Assembly: GCA_964234715.1 (NCBI GenBank)
Contig: OZ174276.1
Source of the DNA: Podarcis melisellensis
Lineage: Eukaryota
Length of the DNA stretch: 64,000 bases
Direction: 5' to 3' (one strand)
The notes beneath the pieces were generated by a model. It was not told where the DNA came from. It saw only the letters and a list, made by a program, of their open reading frames with translations, and did not search any database. The translations under genes were made by a program, and so were the position numbers. How positions within the stretch are numbered: the first letter of the stretch is position 1; each line of letters opens with the position of its first letter. Of the stretch, positions 21,270 to 34,500 are shown one piece after another.

Positions 21270-24200
21270 TACAGCTGTTTCATACATATGTAACCCAGGC
21301 TGTGAGTGGAACCCAGTGGCATTAGAGGCAGTTGTTTTGGGGAAATAGTAAGGCACAGGCAGTCTGACCAGTGGTCCATCTAGCTCAGTGTTGCTTATAC
21401 TGACTGGCAGAAGCTCTCCAGGATTAGAGGCAGGAAGTCTCTCTCAGCTCAACCTGGAGATTCCAGGAATTGAACCTGGAACCTTCTGTATGTAAGGCAG
21501 ATGCTCTACCACAGATCTATGGCCCAAATATCACCGTGTGTCCCTTAGTTTTGGGATGAGCCTGGCTTCCTCCAGGCTTCACTATTGAAATGACAGATAT
21601 GCGCACCAAGAAACTGAATGCTGGCTGTGCTACCTGTCTTCTTGCTCCTCATGCTTCAGGTGGGCTGCCTGCCTAGTTTATTTTTACAGTTTTGAAAGCA
21701 CGACTTTTTATAGCCAATGCATTTCTCTGTTAATTCGTCTTCTTATTCACAAAAGAGGGGGGACCTTTTAAAGAGTATAAAACTTCTCTGGCAATTCTCT
21801 AGTCTAGAAGGTATCTTGGTGACATCAGAGAGCCAACTGGTGCCCTGCCCTGCCAGTCTCTGCTCCATAGTGAAAGCACTTTCCTGGCAGTGCCACTGCT
21901 AGAAATAATATTGTCTTGTGTGAAGCCTGAGGGTTGCCTGGTTTACATCTAACTCTGCTCAGTAGCAATGACAATAATGGACACGTGTTGTATATTCCTA
22001 GGTTTGATCCCTGACATCACTATTTAAACCAAAAAGGGGGAGCAGAGCTGGAGGTGGGGGAGAGACCATGAGAGAGCCACTGGTAGAAAGGGCCTTGGTA
22101 TATGGCAAGGCCACACATTTTCAACCCAGTGGCAATTTGATGATTTTTTAGAGTTGCACACTGAATGAGCTCATTAGCTGTTTGGCAGCAATCTGTTATC
22201 ACAAAAATCCTTGTTGGTACTGACAGGACCCAGAGAGTGGGAGAGCTTACATACATGTTGGCTTGAAAATTAAGGAGGACAGAGAAGGTATTTGAAAAAA
22301 TAAAAAGTGCTGGGAACTCAGGCTCTTTTCACCAGCACTACAAATGAGAATACTGTAAATGATTACGCACCATGACATAATATTTGAGGGCAAATCAGTA
22401 AGAAATTATGCCTGCGTTTGAGGGGCAAGGAGTTGGCTGAAAACTTTCAATCTTCCGAGAGCTCCCACACAATATCAATTGCAGTCAAAGAAAACCAAAC
22501 TCAAATACCCCCAAACTACAAAACATACAGATGGTACAATCAGGGTAGCAAGGAATGTTTCTTCATATGCATGTTATATATCATTCAGGGTTGTATCAAT
22601 GTTTCTGCATGTTGCAGTTGTGAATAATTTCACAACCAATAACACTTCATGCTTATAGCACTGAAATACCCTCTAATTGCAATGGACAGCAAAAAAGTAG
22701 TCAGTGGGAACTGAAACACAACATTGTGGCTGTCAATTACGCAGCTTGCTTGCGTATAATAGGTACATACATCTTGAGATTTACCATTATAATTGCAGAA
22801 CAGTCTTGCTGATGTGCAAAAATTATAATTATAGTTTACCTTCTCTCTTTTTTATACCATCCCTAGGTCTCTAGGAGAAAGGGAGTGATCCATTCAAAGT
22901 CAAGCATTTTGAGCCCCATTGATTTCAACGGCAGAAACAGCTTTAATTCTTCCATTGAAATAAATGGGGTAAAACTTGGCTAGATTGTACTCATACTGTT
23001 TTCAGGTCTCCTGCATGGGGGGTAACCTATCCTCTAGAGCAGTGAGCTAACCTCTGCACACTAATAAAACAAATTAAAATAGACACAGACCTGGAGTAAT
23101 GGGAGAGGTGTAAACCTCTCTATCCAGTCCAGACCACTAATGGGGACGTAATCTGCTCTCTCCTTGGTCATGAGATTGATCATTCGGTAAGTGTGGAGTT
23201 GGTAATAACCCTGCTCTTCAGCTGGTCTGTGTCCTGTGTGTGCATATGCACTCTATATGTGCACATGTGAGAATTGGGGGAGGGGCAGGATGGGACATGA
23301 TGCTACAAGGTGAATTAATCCTGAAGCACCTGATGGCATCCAGTAAGCTTCATGGTTGAATCTGAGGAAAAATCAGTAAGGCCAGTGTGCTTATGGTGGA
23401 CTAGCCATTGGGGTGGCTCACCCTGTGTTTAGATTAGGGACCAGCAAACAGAGGCCTCAGGGGCCATATACTGCCTCTTCTAAGTACCAGTCACCTCCTA
23501 TCAACCCCCCCACCTCAAATTACAGTACTTTATATGTGAACAGGAAAGGTGGCTGCCCTGTTAAACCTATCTTGGCTCTCAAACAGTAGAACTAAACCTA
23601 TTTAATTGGCAGTAGGCCATTATCAGTGGGCAAATTTATGCTCCCATTCTTGGTAATCCCCTTCTTCCACAAGTGGCTGCTGCAAGGATTAGCACAAGAA
23701 GCAAAGGTAACACATCCTTTTTTGTGTGTAAAAGTGCTCCATAACAAAGCATGCACCGCAATCACATATGAAAAAGCATCCACACAGATTTGAGTTCCTC
23801 CTGCGTTTTCTTTCTTTCTTTTTCTTTTTCTTTATGGGTGGTAATTTCCATTCTGGAACGTTCCACAACATATATTGAGATTACTGAATGATCAGATAAA
23901 CATTGTCAAGGCATGTTTACATGTGCAGGGGAGCTTGGGCCTTTGCGGTGCCAACGTTTTACAGCCAGCATTACCCCACAGAGTTACAAAGGGTGTGTAG
24001 ACTTCCTTGACAAAAGAGGCCTGTGAGAACGTGAGCCTTATTATTCCAGAGCCTGTTGCTGACCCAAAGCAGGGCTTCCTATGGAAGCCTGGCATTTTCC
24101 ACGGCTCCACCCAACATTCTTTTGTTGGCTGGTGCCACTCTGGAAATTATTAGCACAATGGGAAATGGCTGACAGGAGGGGTTTGTTTTGAAACTTACCT

Positions 24201-24803
24201 TGTTTTTCTTCTCCTCTCCGTCTCTGATTAGTCCAGTAGGCCTTAAACGCAGGAAAAAGGAGGTGCTTGTTTTGGCTGTGAGTCACGTATGCAGAGAGAC
24301 GCCTGCCTTAAACTAGCAGGGGTCTGACTTACTGCAGAACCACAAGTCTGATGGATAGTGTATATACAGTAATAGGAAGTCTCACAGTGTTATGCTTTGG
24401 GGTTATTCCTCTTCTTTGAGTAGGCTTGAAGAGCAAAACTATTGAGCATGTTAATGTATTAGGCTGAGTCTTTTCAGCTACTCCGATAAGTTCGCTCCTT
24501 TTTTTGAGGCATTAGTTTGCCTCGTTCATGTTTGCTTTCCTCGTCTGCTCAAGTTACAGAAGTTAATGTGCTTCGCTGAGGTGTCCTAAATGATGTCATT
24601 AAGATAAGGTTTGCATAATGTCAGGCGTGCTACATCGAGTCAAAATACATTCCTCTGCACCCCTGCAAGTTAAGGTATGCATAATCTTTAGTAAATTTGA
24701 CCTGTTAGACTGCTTCTTGCAAAAGAAAAAAGAATCTTCTGCATCAAACATCACAAAGCTTGAACTGCTAGACTAAACACAAGTTGGAACCAGTTGATTA
24801 TAC

Positions 24804-25379
24804 CAGTGGTTTCAACCAGCGTGCCATGGCACCCTGGGGTGCCTTGAATGATGGTCAGGGGTGCCAAGGGCAACATTGGCTTCTGTCCCTCTTTCCTCCC
24901 CTTCCCCCTTTTGATGTCCTCTTGCGTCTCTTTCCTGGCTACAAGGTCTGCAGGCGAATGGTGCCCCTGGGGCTGGCCAGTGGGTGCTGGTTGCCAGGAG
25001 CTGAGGCGCCTTGGAGTAAGCAAGCAAGTGGGCAAGGGAGCCCAGCCAGCCAGTCTGCCAGCCCTTGCTTTTGGGAATGGACAGACATGTACTCGGCCCC
25101 TGTGGACAGTGTGAGGAGGCACCTCTCTTTGGGGTAGGGGTGGGGGCAGTTCAGAGATCTGGGGTGGCTGCAGCGGCTGCCTGGAGCACTCCCAAGGAGA
25201 GGGGAGAGGAGAGGAGGCTGAAGGAATACTCCACAAGGGAGGGTGTTCGAAAAAGAGTGAGGGGCTGCCAGCTCTGCAGGCAAGGGGTGACATAACCGGG
25301 CTCCTGAGCCCCACAGGGGTCCCGCAGAAAGAATGTAGTTGGTCAAGGGAGCCGTGGACTCAAAAAGGTTGAAAACCTG
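24804..25379. mobile_element. Non-autonomous hAT (Charlie-like) element
   Basis: cagtggtttcaacc...ggttgaaaacctg; perfect TSD gattatac. Confidence 0.82.
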
Positions 25380-25969
25380 GATTATACTATCAGCAGCACC
25401 AGGTAGCAACACACTGGGCCACCCTTTTGGGGTTGCACGCACAGAATCTGTGTGTTTTAATACCACACCCCTGCACGAATGAAAGTTGTCCACAGAAAAA
25501 CAGCATGTCAAGGAGATGAGTTCAGCAGTGGCATTTTTCCCTGACATGCTCCGTTTCTGTGTGAAGAGCAGGATGCTTTTTTTTGGTGGTACAGTTCAGG
25601 AAGGCTTTACTGTGATTCCCCTGATTGTATAATCTGACTCTTACAGACGTGTCAGAAATAGAGAAGTGCTTACAGAGAAGCCAGCCAACAGAAAGGATGA
25701 ATTATCAGTGACTTTATTTTGGGTTGCTTCTGAAGCTTCTTTTAGCTCTTCTAGAGCCATGCCAGCTTCCTACAAGCCAACTTGGCTGTGCCTCTTTGGT
25801 CTAGCAGCTGTGATGGAAGTGAGCAAAGACAGATGGGGTTCTCACCAAACATGGAGCATCAGCAAAATATTTCATCAACATTCAATACTGAGCTTAGAGT
25901 ATAATATGAGCATTCCAGGAGCGGGGGAGGTAATCTACTTTAATTACTACATAGTAAACTCTTGGTATT

Positions 25970-26320
25970 GGGATGCTGGTGGCGCTGTGGTCTAAACCAC
26001 TGAGCCTAGGGCTTGCCAATCAGAAGGTTGGCGGTTTGAATCCCCGCAATGGGGGTGAGCTCCCATTGTTCAGTCCCTGCTCCTGTCAACCTAGCAGTTC
26101 AAATGCATGTCAAGGTGCAAGTAGATAAATAGGTACCGCTCCGGCGGGAAGGTAAACAGCGTTTCCGTGCTCTGCTCTGGTTTGCCAAAAGCGGCTTAGT
26201 CATGCTGGCCACATGACCCGGAAGCTGTACGCCAGTTCCCTTGGCCAGTAAAGCGAGATGAGCACCGCAACCCCAGAGTCGTCTGCGACTGGACCTAACG
26301 GGCAGAGGTCCCTTTACCTA
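25970..26320 (+). mobile_element. Sauria SINE, full length
   Basis: tRNA-like head ggtggcgctgtggtctaaacc...ggtttgaatccc, core tagtcatgctggccacatgaccc, ACCTTT-type tail. Confidence 0.92.
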
Positions 26321-28433
26321 AACTCAATCAATCACATTGATTCATAATCAAGTCCTACCACTTCTTTGCAAAACGGCTGATGATGCTTTTCTACAATTTG
26401 GAGTAGTTTATAAGAATAGTAAGCTAAAGCAAAAACAACAACAAAGATAAAATTAAAAACAAAATGATTATGTAAAATAGCAATATTAGCAGCAATTGAA
26501 CTTCAAAGCAACAATTGCAAAAGCAAGAATCGCAAAATCTCTTATAGGCCTGCCATATGGAATTTCCCGGACATTCGGCTGTCAGAAACAGTGTCCGGAT
26601 GCAAATTGCTGAAAACTGGAGGAAAATACATACGTATGGCAACCCTTAAAAATAGCTCCAAAACTACTTTAAAAAAAAAGTTTTGCAAAGAAAGCTCAAC
26701 AACTGGATTTTCATTTTTTGAAATATGGCACCCTATTTGTCTATGGTAGTCTTCAGGTGTTGGTGCTACATAGGCCTTCACAATCACCTTAAACCCACCC
26801 CAGCTCCTTTTTAAAGTATTATCCCTACTGCAGAAGTCTTAACCATTCCTCCATACAACTTCCATGTGGACACTCTGATATTAGTACTTTTCTTGCAAGT
26901 CTGAGATAATCACATGGACAGTATGATTCATATGAACAGGCCCCGTGATTCTGTAGTCTTACTGTCCCATGTGCACCATTTTGTATTGGGCCTGGAATCC
27001 ACCCTTTTATTCCATTTAAAAAGAAAAGCCAGTTTCTAGCACTTCACACCTGTGAAAAGAGGTTCGCAAGTAAGCAATGCTTTGGGGGGATTTATAGCAT
27101 AATAAATTATGGAATACACACACACACACACACACACATACATAATATGTGCAGGTAAGATAATTGAAGAGCTACTTATTTGGCACACACGTATATAGTT
27201 TAGATGAAAGACAGCCTTGCAGACACCTGTGGTTGTTGACTAAAGACTCTTAAAGAGATTCCATGCTGCTTCAACCGCATATCCATGCTGACTGTCTCAG
27301 GTTATTCCCAGGTCACTTGTGTTTGTAGCAGGGAATAATGCTCTCTAGACGCCTCCAGACATACCAGTAGTATTAATCTGGCTAGTCTTTTGCATGATCA
27401 ATTGTGAGAAGGAGGTGAGTCAAACACAGATTTTACCACCAGAGTTCCCCCCCACACACACACTTTGAACCCACATTGCTTGATTATTGAACACCTGCAA
27501 CAATCATAGACTAAAGATGTATAAGGAACATAATGACTCCTGCTGTATCAGACCAAAGGTCAATCCACTCCAGCATCCTGTTTGCAGAAGTGGCTACCCA
27601 GATGTTTCTTGGAAGCTCACAAACAGGACATGAAGACAGCAGCTCTCTGCTGCTGTCTGTTCCCTGCATCTAAGAGGTACCCACTGAGCTGGTTTACATG
27701 TAACACTAAGCCAAACCATGACTTAACACAAATGCTTGAGCATGGAGGCTCCTGGAGAGGAGATTGCAGTTGATTGCAGCCACTTTACTCCTCCTCTGTT
27801 CCTACCGCTGCTTCCCTGCAGTGAGCTAAGCCATGGTTTGACTTGGCACGTCATCCAAATCCAAGTGTGTGGTTTATCTCCTACAGACAAACCATGAGCA
27901 ACAAGGCACAGAATAAACCTTCATCTATACATAGAAACTGTCCTGTGCAAATGTTATAGAAATCTGTGTCCTATATTGCCCTCTATTTTGTCAATACATT
28001 CCTTCTTTTTCTGGTGATGCCTAAGTGACTAGCTTACCTGTAGACGGACCTATCCTCCATGAAGGTCTCTAACATTTTTGGAAGTCATTTAAGCTAGATG
28101 ACTTGTTAGGCTAGTGAATTTTATGTTAAAACGTTGTTTATGTGAAAAAGTTATTTAGGAATGTTGCCAAAATATTTATGGATAATTTGCCTGTAGTCAG
28201 AGGTAGATAATTTGCCTGTAGTCAACTAAGTTTAACTCGGAGCACAACCATTAGAATAAATGAACATGACTAAGTTAGTTCCATTAATTTCAACGGGTTT
28301 ACTCTGATTAAAACATAGTTGAATACAAGAGAACAGGAACACGGGAATTATTGGCTGGGACTAGGCTTGCCTAGCTCTCATGCTGGTGATTATGACACTG
28401 ACTGTTGACTATTGAATTTCAGGAATTAAAAGA

Positions 28434-28512
28434 ATGGACAAGGTACTACAAAGGACTTTGCTTCGGCTGTTGCTGTTATCACTGCTTCATACCTTGAGCC
28501 AAGGAAACAGAA
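28434..28512 (+). CDS. ITGB4: ITGB4 exon 2, coding part (signal peptide; exon starts at 28423)
   Basis: tttcag acceptor, ATG at 28434, [26 protein letters not shown], donor gtaagt; 79 nt coding. Confidence 0.9.
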
Positions 28513-31500
28513 GTAAGTTCCACATATATTATAGATATCCCTTTACCACCAAACAGTGCTATTGTTTTCAAACCACTGATAGATAGACAAATTGGCGCCA
28601 TTTTGTGGGATGTGTCTTGATGCTCTGCAAGAAAGATGGTGGAAAGATCTATTATTGTCTTCCTGAGCAACACTGAGTAGGCATAGTATATCTCATTGCT
28701 TGCCAGAATAATTACAAAATATAGTGGGCTTAATAGACGGTGCAGACAGTACAGGGCAGTGGCTTAAAGTCTATTTTTGGCATTGTATGTAATGGATGAA
28801 CCCAGCCTTCCACATCCTGACACCTTCCATAAGGTTTGGACTCCAAATCCATCATCCCCAATCAGCATGGCCAACAGTTGTAATCCAAAACATCTGAAGG
28901 GCACTAGGACAGGGAAGGCTGGTACCTATGATTTAGATCCGCAGTTGCAAAACAAAACAAGCTTATTTCTGCAGGTGAAATTGGTATCTGTATTCTCCTT
29001 GTATTGCATTTCTCACTTGAAATTCTTCTTATCTGCACCAAAGCCCTGAAAAACAGTTTTCACATTGGCCCAGTTCACATATAATACTATGCCGAACTAT
29101 GGCTAAATGTGAATGAGGGAGTCTGCAAGTGCATGGAGCAAACATCTTGGCCATCTCATTCCTCTCCCATTTCTCTTGCTTCCATGGTACCTGGAGTTAA
29201 GTCATGGTTTGGCTTAGCATTGCATCTGAACCTGGGCTCATGGTTTGTCTCACTGCTAACAAACCACGAGCTGTAACTAAGATTTGTTCTTGACTAACAC
29301 TGTGTGTGTCCTGCAAAGGAAATGAGAAGAGAGCCAGAATGGGACTAGGACAGAGTCCCCTTCTTTCTCCATTGCTAGACCAGTCTGGTTTCCTGCGTTT
29401 CTGACTTGTTGCTCTTGTCTCCTAGATAACCGTTGTGTGGCTTCCAGGGCAAAAAGCTGCACTGAGTGTATCCAAGTGAGCAAGGACTGCTCTTTTTGCA
29501 GTGATGAGGTAGGAGCTTTTTATAACTGTTGGATTGTTGTCTTGATGCATACACATCTCAAAGCTCCAAATTTCACCTGAGTTTGGGCCACAATCTCACA
29601 GCCTCCAGTGCTGCATTCCTGGGCAATATCAATCCTGATTACACAGGTGATGTGTGTTGAGCCTCTACTCTTATGGCCTTGCCTACTCTTATGTACCTGC
29701 ATGCCTTTGGATGGGGATGCATAACGTTTAGTTTCACCCCTCTCACTTCTAAATAGATTATTGCTCTACACACTCTAAGGAGTCCTTGACATGTGCATGC
29801 TTATCATCTGATAACTACAACATCAAGTACTAATTTGTATGTGTGTATGAGCAAATGGAAGTTTCATATCACTTCAAACACAATTCTCTTCTGTGGGCTA
29901 AATTCACACATTAAGGCTGCAATCATAACCACTTTACCCGAGAGTAAGCCTTATCAGATTCAGAGGGACTTATTTCTGAGTACACATGATTTTGGATTAC
30001 AGCCTAAACTGCTAGTCTACAGGGCTACGTTGCAGGGCTAGTTCATACAATGTGTGTAAATTACTTGAGTGTAGTCTTCCCCAGTGTCCAGCATCCCCAG
30101 CCAGCAGGATCAAGGTTGATGTGGATTGTCTTCCAACAACATTTGTTGATGTGGATTGTCTTCCAACAACATTTGAAGATCAAAGGTTGGGGAAGGCTGA
30201 TTAGTGCCTCAGTGATTGGTAGCGGAATTGCGCCCCCCCCCCATTTAAAAGCACTGTGTGAGAGAGATGATGTGAACTTTCCAGCTCTGATGTTCCAGGT
30301 TGTAGCCAGGTGGTATGTTAGTGTCATATAGAGTAAGGATGGAGAGGAAGAACTTGGATTTACAATCATACCTTGCATCTCAAATACCTTGGCTCCTGAA
30401 CAAATCTGCTCCCGATCGATCGAAACCTGGAAGTGAGTGTTCCGGTTTTCAAACAATTTTCGGAAGCCAAACATCTGGCGCAGCTTCCACAGCTTCCAAT
30501 TGGCTGCAGGAGGCTCCTGCAGCCAATCAGAAGCCGCGTCTTTGTTTCTGAAGGGTTCCGGGAATCGAACGGACTCCTGGAATGCATTCTTTTTGAGAAC
30601 CAAGGTACGACTGTGCTCTCTTCACACTGTTGCAAACCTACCTCTCTTAACTTGCAGTTACAGGTAGATGTAGGAATTTCTCATGGGACCACCACATTCT
30701 ACCCTCAGTCTAACATGGAGGCAGATAGTAAGGTAAATGCTTAAAAATAGAGAATATCATGTACAGTATTTTCTAAATGTGTGTGTCATTCTTTTGCCCT
30801 AGAACTTCAAAGAGTCCCGCTGTGATTTCAAAGACAACCTATTAAGATACGGCTGCAGTCAGACCAGCATAGTCTTCATGGAAGGAGAGATGCTAACAAA
30901 ATCAGTGAGTGAAGAGGAAGTCATGTAAAGATGGGATTTGTTGTTGTTGTTTAGTGGTTTAGTTGTGTCCGATTCTTCGTGACCCCATGGCCAGGCACTC
31001 CTGTCTTCCACTGCCTCTTGCAGTTTGGTCAAACTCATGTTAGTAGCTTCGAGAACACTGTCCAACCATCTCATCCTCTGTCGTCCCCTTCCCCTTGTGC
31101 CCTCCATCTTTCCCAACATCAGGGTCTTTTCCAGGGAGTCTTCTCTTCTCATGAGGTGGCCAAAGTATTGGAGCCTCAGCTTCAGGATCTGTCCTTCCAG
31201 TAAGCACTCAGGGCTGATTTCCTTCAGAATGGATAGGTTTGATCTTCTTGTAGTCCCTGGGACTCTCAAGAGTCTCCTCCAGCACTATAATTCAAAAGCA
31301 TCAATTCTTTGGCGATCAGCCTTCTTTATGGTCCAGCTCTCACTTCCATACATCACTATTGGGAAAACCATAGCTTTAACTATATGGACCTTTGTCGGCA
31401 AGGTGATGGGCTTCAGACATAATAAAACAATTCCACACACCTGAATCACTGTCTAGAATTGCCAAAAGCCGAGTTTGCTTGGACAGCCTCCCTAGCTTCT

Positions 31501-34500
31501 TTTTCTAAGTCAATAGGCTTAAGGGGAGGGTTACATAATTGGTCCAGACACCTTGTACATACATATAAATGATGTTTCTGTACACTCTGGCTTCCATCAC
31601 GGTGTTCTGTTGCACCAGAAGCAATTTAGTCATGCTGGCCACATGACCCAGAAAGATGTCTGTGGACAGACGCCGGCTCCCTAAACCTGAAGCAAAATGA
31701 GTGCCGTACCTCATAGTCACCTTTGCCTGGACTTAACCATCCAGGGGTTCTTTACCTTTACCTTTTTTACATATAGGGTAAAAGGTAAAGGTAAAGGCAC
31801 CCCTGAACATTAGGTCCAGTTGTGGCCGACTCTGGGGTTGCAGCACTCATCTCACTTTATTGGCCGAGGGAGCCAGCGTACAGCTTCCGGGTCATGTGGC
31901 CAGCATGACTAAGCCACTTCTGGTGAACCAGAGCAGCACACGGAAGCATTGTAAATTTAGTTAATCTCTTGTTTGTCATGAATTAGCTCTCTCCCTCTCT
32001 GATCTCTTGTTAAAACGAAAAATGCAACATGACTGCTAAATCTTCTGAGGATTATTGGTGTCTCCTCTGGCAGGAATTTAAGATTGATACATCTCTGAAG
32101 AAAACACAAGTATCCCCGCAGAACATAGCAATGAAGTTGAGAGCTGGCGAGGAAGCTACCTTTGACGTGGATGTGTTTGAGCCCAGTGAATCTCCTGTGG
32201 ACCTCTACATTCTCATGGACTTTTCCTATTCCATGCGTGATGACTTGGACAACCTTAAAACAATGGGCCAACAACTGGGTGAGAATTAAAAACTTATAAG
32301 CTGTGGGAAACAGCGGTCTGCAACGTCATAGTGCACTTGGCAAAAGACAGGGCTGGCCCTACCTTTAGGCTGAATGAGGCAACCATCTCAGGCAGCAGAT
32401 CCTGAGGAGTGGGGCATCCTTTCCCCTTTGTTGGAGGACAAAGGTGTGGGCATACAAGCTCTTTTGAACCCCCAAACTAGCCTGCTGCCCTCATGTGCAA
32501 TGGAAGTGTATTATGTAATTGGACTACATTGTGGGAAAGTACCGTATGTTTCAAGCAGAGGACTAAGGCTGCAATTCTAACCCCACTTACCTGGGAGCAA
32601 CCTCCATCTAATTCAACAGGATTTATTTCTGAGCAGACATGGTTAGGATTGCAGCTTTAATCTAGGTGTGCCAGGACATCTTCACTTACTTGCTCCTTTC
32701 CCACTTTCTTCCTGCCAGCAAATTTTTTGACTCAGCTAACCAGTGATTATACTATTGGCTTTGGCAAGTTTGTGGATAAAGTTTCAGCCCCACAGACAGA
32801 TATGAGGCCTGAGAGGTAAGTGAAGGTGATGCACCCAGAGGATACATTTGTGAATTAACTATTTAGGATCCATAGGATCCTAAATATATTGTGAATAAAC
32901 TATTTAGGATCTTCTTCGTTGTTTTTAGTGGGTGGGTGTGAAAGCTTTAAAGTGAATAAGCCTTGTAGCTTAAGCTAGCCTGTTTCTAATACCTATGACT
33001 ATGCCCCTTCTCCAAACCGTGCTGTCTTACTTCATCATATCCATGCATGACTGAATCTTGTGTATGTCAGTTGACTGACTCCTGATTAATATCTGTTTTT
33101 AATATGTGTTAATTAATTTTTAAACTTCTTTTGCAAAACAGTTGTGCACCCCAAATATAAATGGGGGGATTACATTTATATCCCATCTTTCCTCCAAAAC
33201 GAAGGAAAACAGTCTTTCTGCATCTGATGAAATCAACTTATGCCTAAGAACATTTTGGTCACAACTCATTTGTTAATCTTTATTTTGTTTTTGGTTTTTT
33301 TTTTGCTGTTTCAGATCACAACACATGACTGTTCTTCTATAATTAATTTTATTAAACTGTATGGCAGATGACTGAGGTCTTTCCCTATAAGATACAGAGG
33401 AGGTGTTTCTGATATCAACTTGCTGGTCGTTGATTATAAAGCCTTTGCTGTTCTTTTTACATTCAGACTCCGTGAGCCTTGGACTGGTGCTGACCCACCC
33501 TTCTCCTTTAAGAATGTCATCCGCCTAACCCATGATATCAATAAATTCAGCCAAGAGTTAATGATGGAGCAAATATCAGGGAACTTGGATGCCCCAGAAG
33601 GTGGATTTGATGCCATATTACAAACAGCTGTTTGCAAGGTGAGCCAAGAGGTCGCTGAAGAAGGCATAGATAGATAAAGCAATTAACTGAGTGTAAGATG
33701 GATATCGGCCTTCTTAGCGCCTCATCAAACTGTGAGATCAATGAGAATATTTAGGCCAAAGCTTTGCTTTAATTATCAGCACATGGTAAAGCTTGTGTCT
33801 TGCTAGAACCTGGTTGAGTTTTAGAATGGACTAGCTGTTATCAAGCCATAGCTGGAGTTACAACATTACAATTTAAATAAACTCCAAAATTTGTAGTTCA
33901 GCTGGAGCTTTATTGGGACCCACAACAGTGTGGCGGGTTCTCTAGAACTTTTCATCAAGCAGGCAGTGAGAGATGAGTGAGGAAAAATGAAAAACCAAAA
34001 CTTATAAAAATTAGACTGATGAAGTAGCCATGAGGTCAGCTTGTAGACTCTTTTTCCAGGATAGAGAATGCAGACTGAATAAGTCCCTCCCAGGTGTAAC
34101 AGATATCAGGTTATACACCTGGGATTCTGGGTGTATTTTATGTTTAATTTTCTGGAAATGTTTTGAAGATATAATTTAAAAAATGGTTAATTATTGCTTA
34201 ACAATGATAATTATTAAATAATTGTTAATAATTGTTATTAAATAATAATTACAATTGAATTGTTACTTTAGTGTAAATGGTGTTTTAATTATGTACTATG
34301 GTTATTGTTTTTCAACAGCTATTGTGTTGTAACCCACTTTAGGTACAAACTTGTGAGAAATGTGTTGTATGCATAAGGATGGAGATAATGGTTTGATTAG
34401 CAGCTGAAAGACATATGAAGGTTAAAAATAAATAAATACCAAAAGTGCCTTAGAATGGAAGCAGAAAACATGGTGAATTCAGGGAGCTATACCTTGTCAA

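Noticed and set aside
24751-25547. Overlapping 187-202 aa ORFs
   Set aside because: They lie mostly within a GC-rich non-autonomous hAT element and show no transposase motifs.
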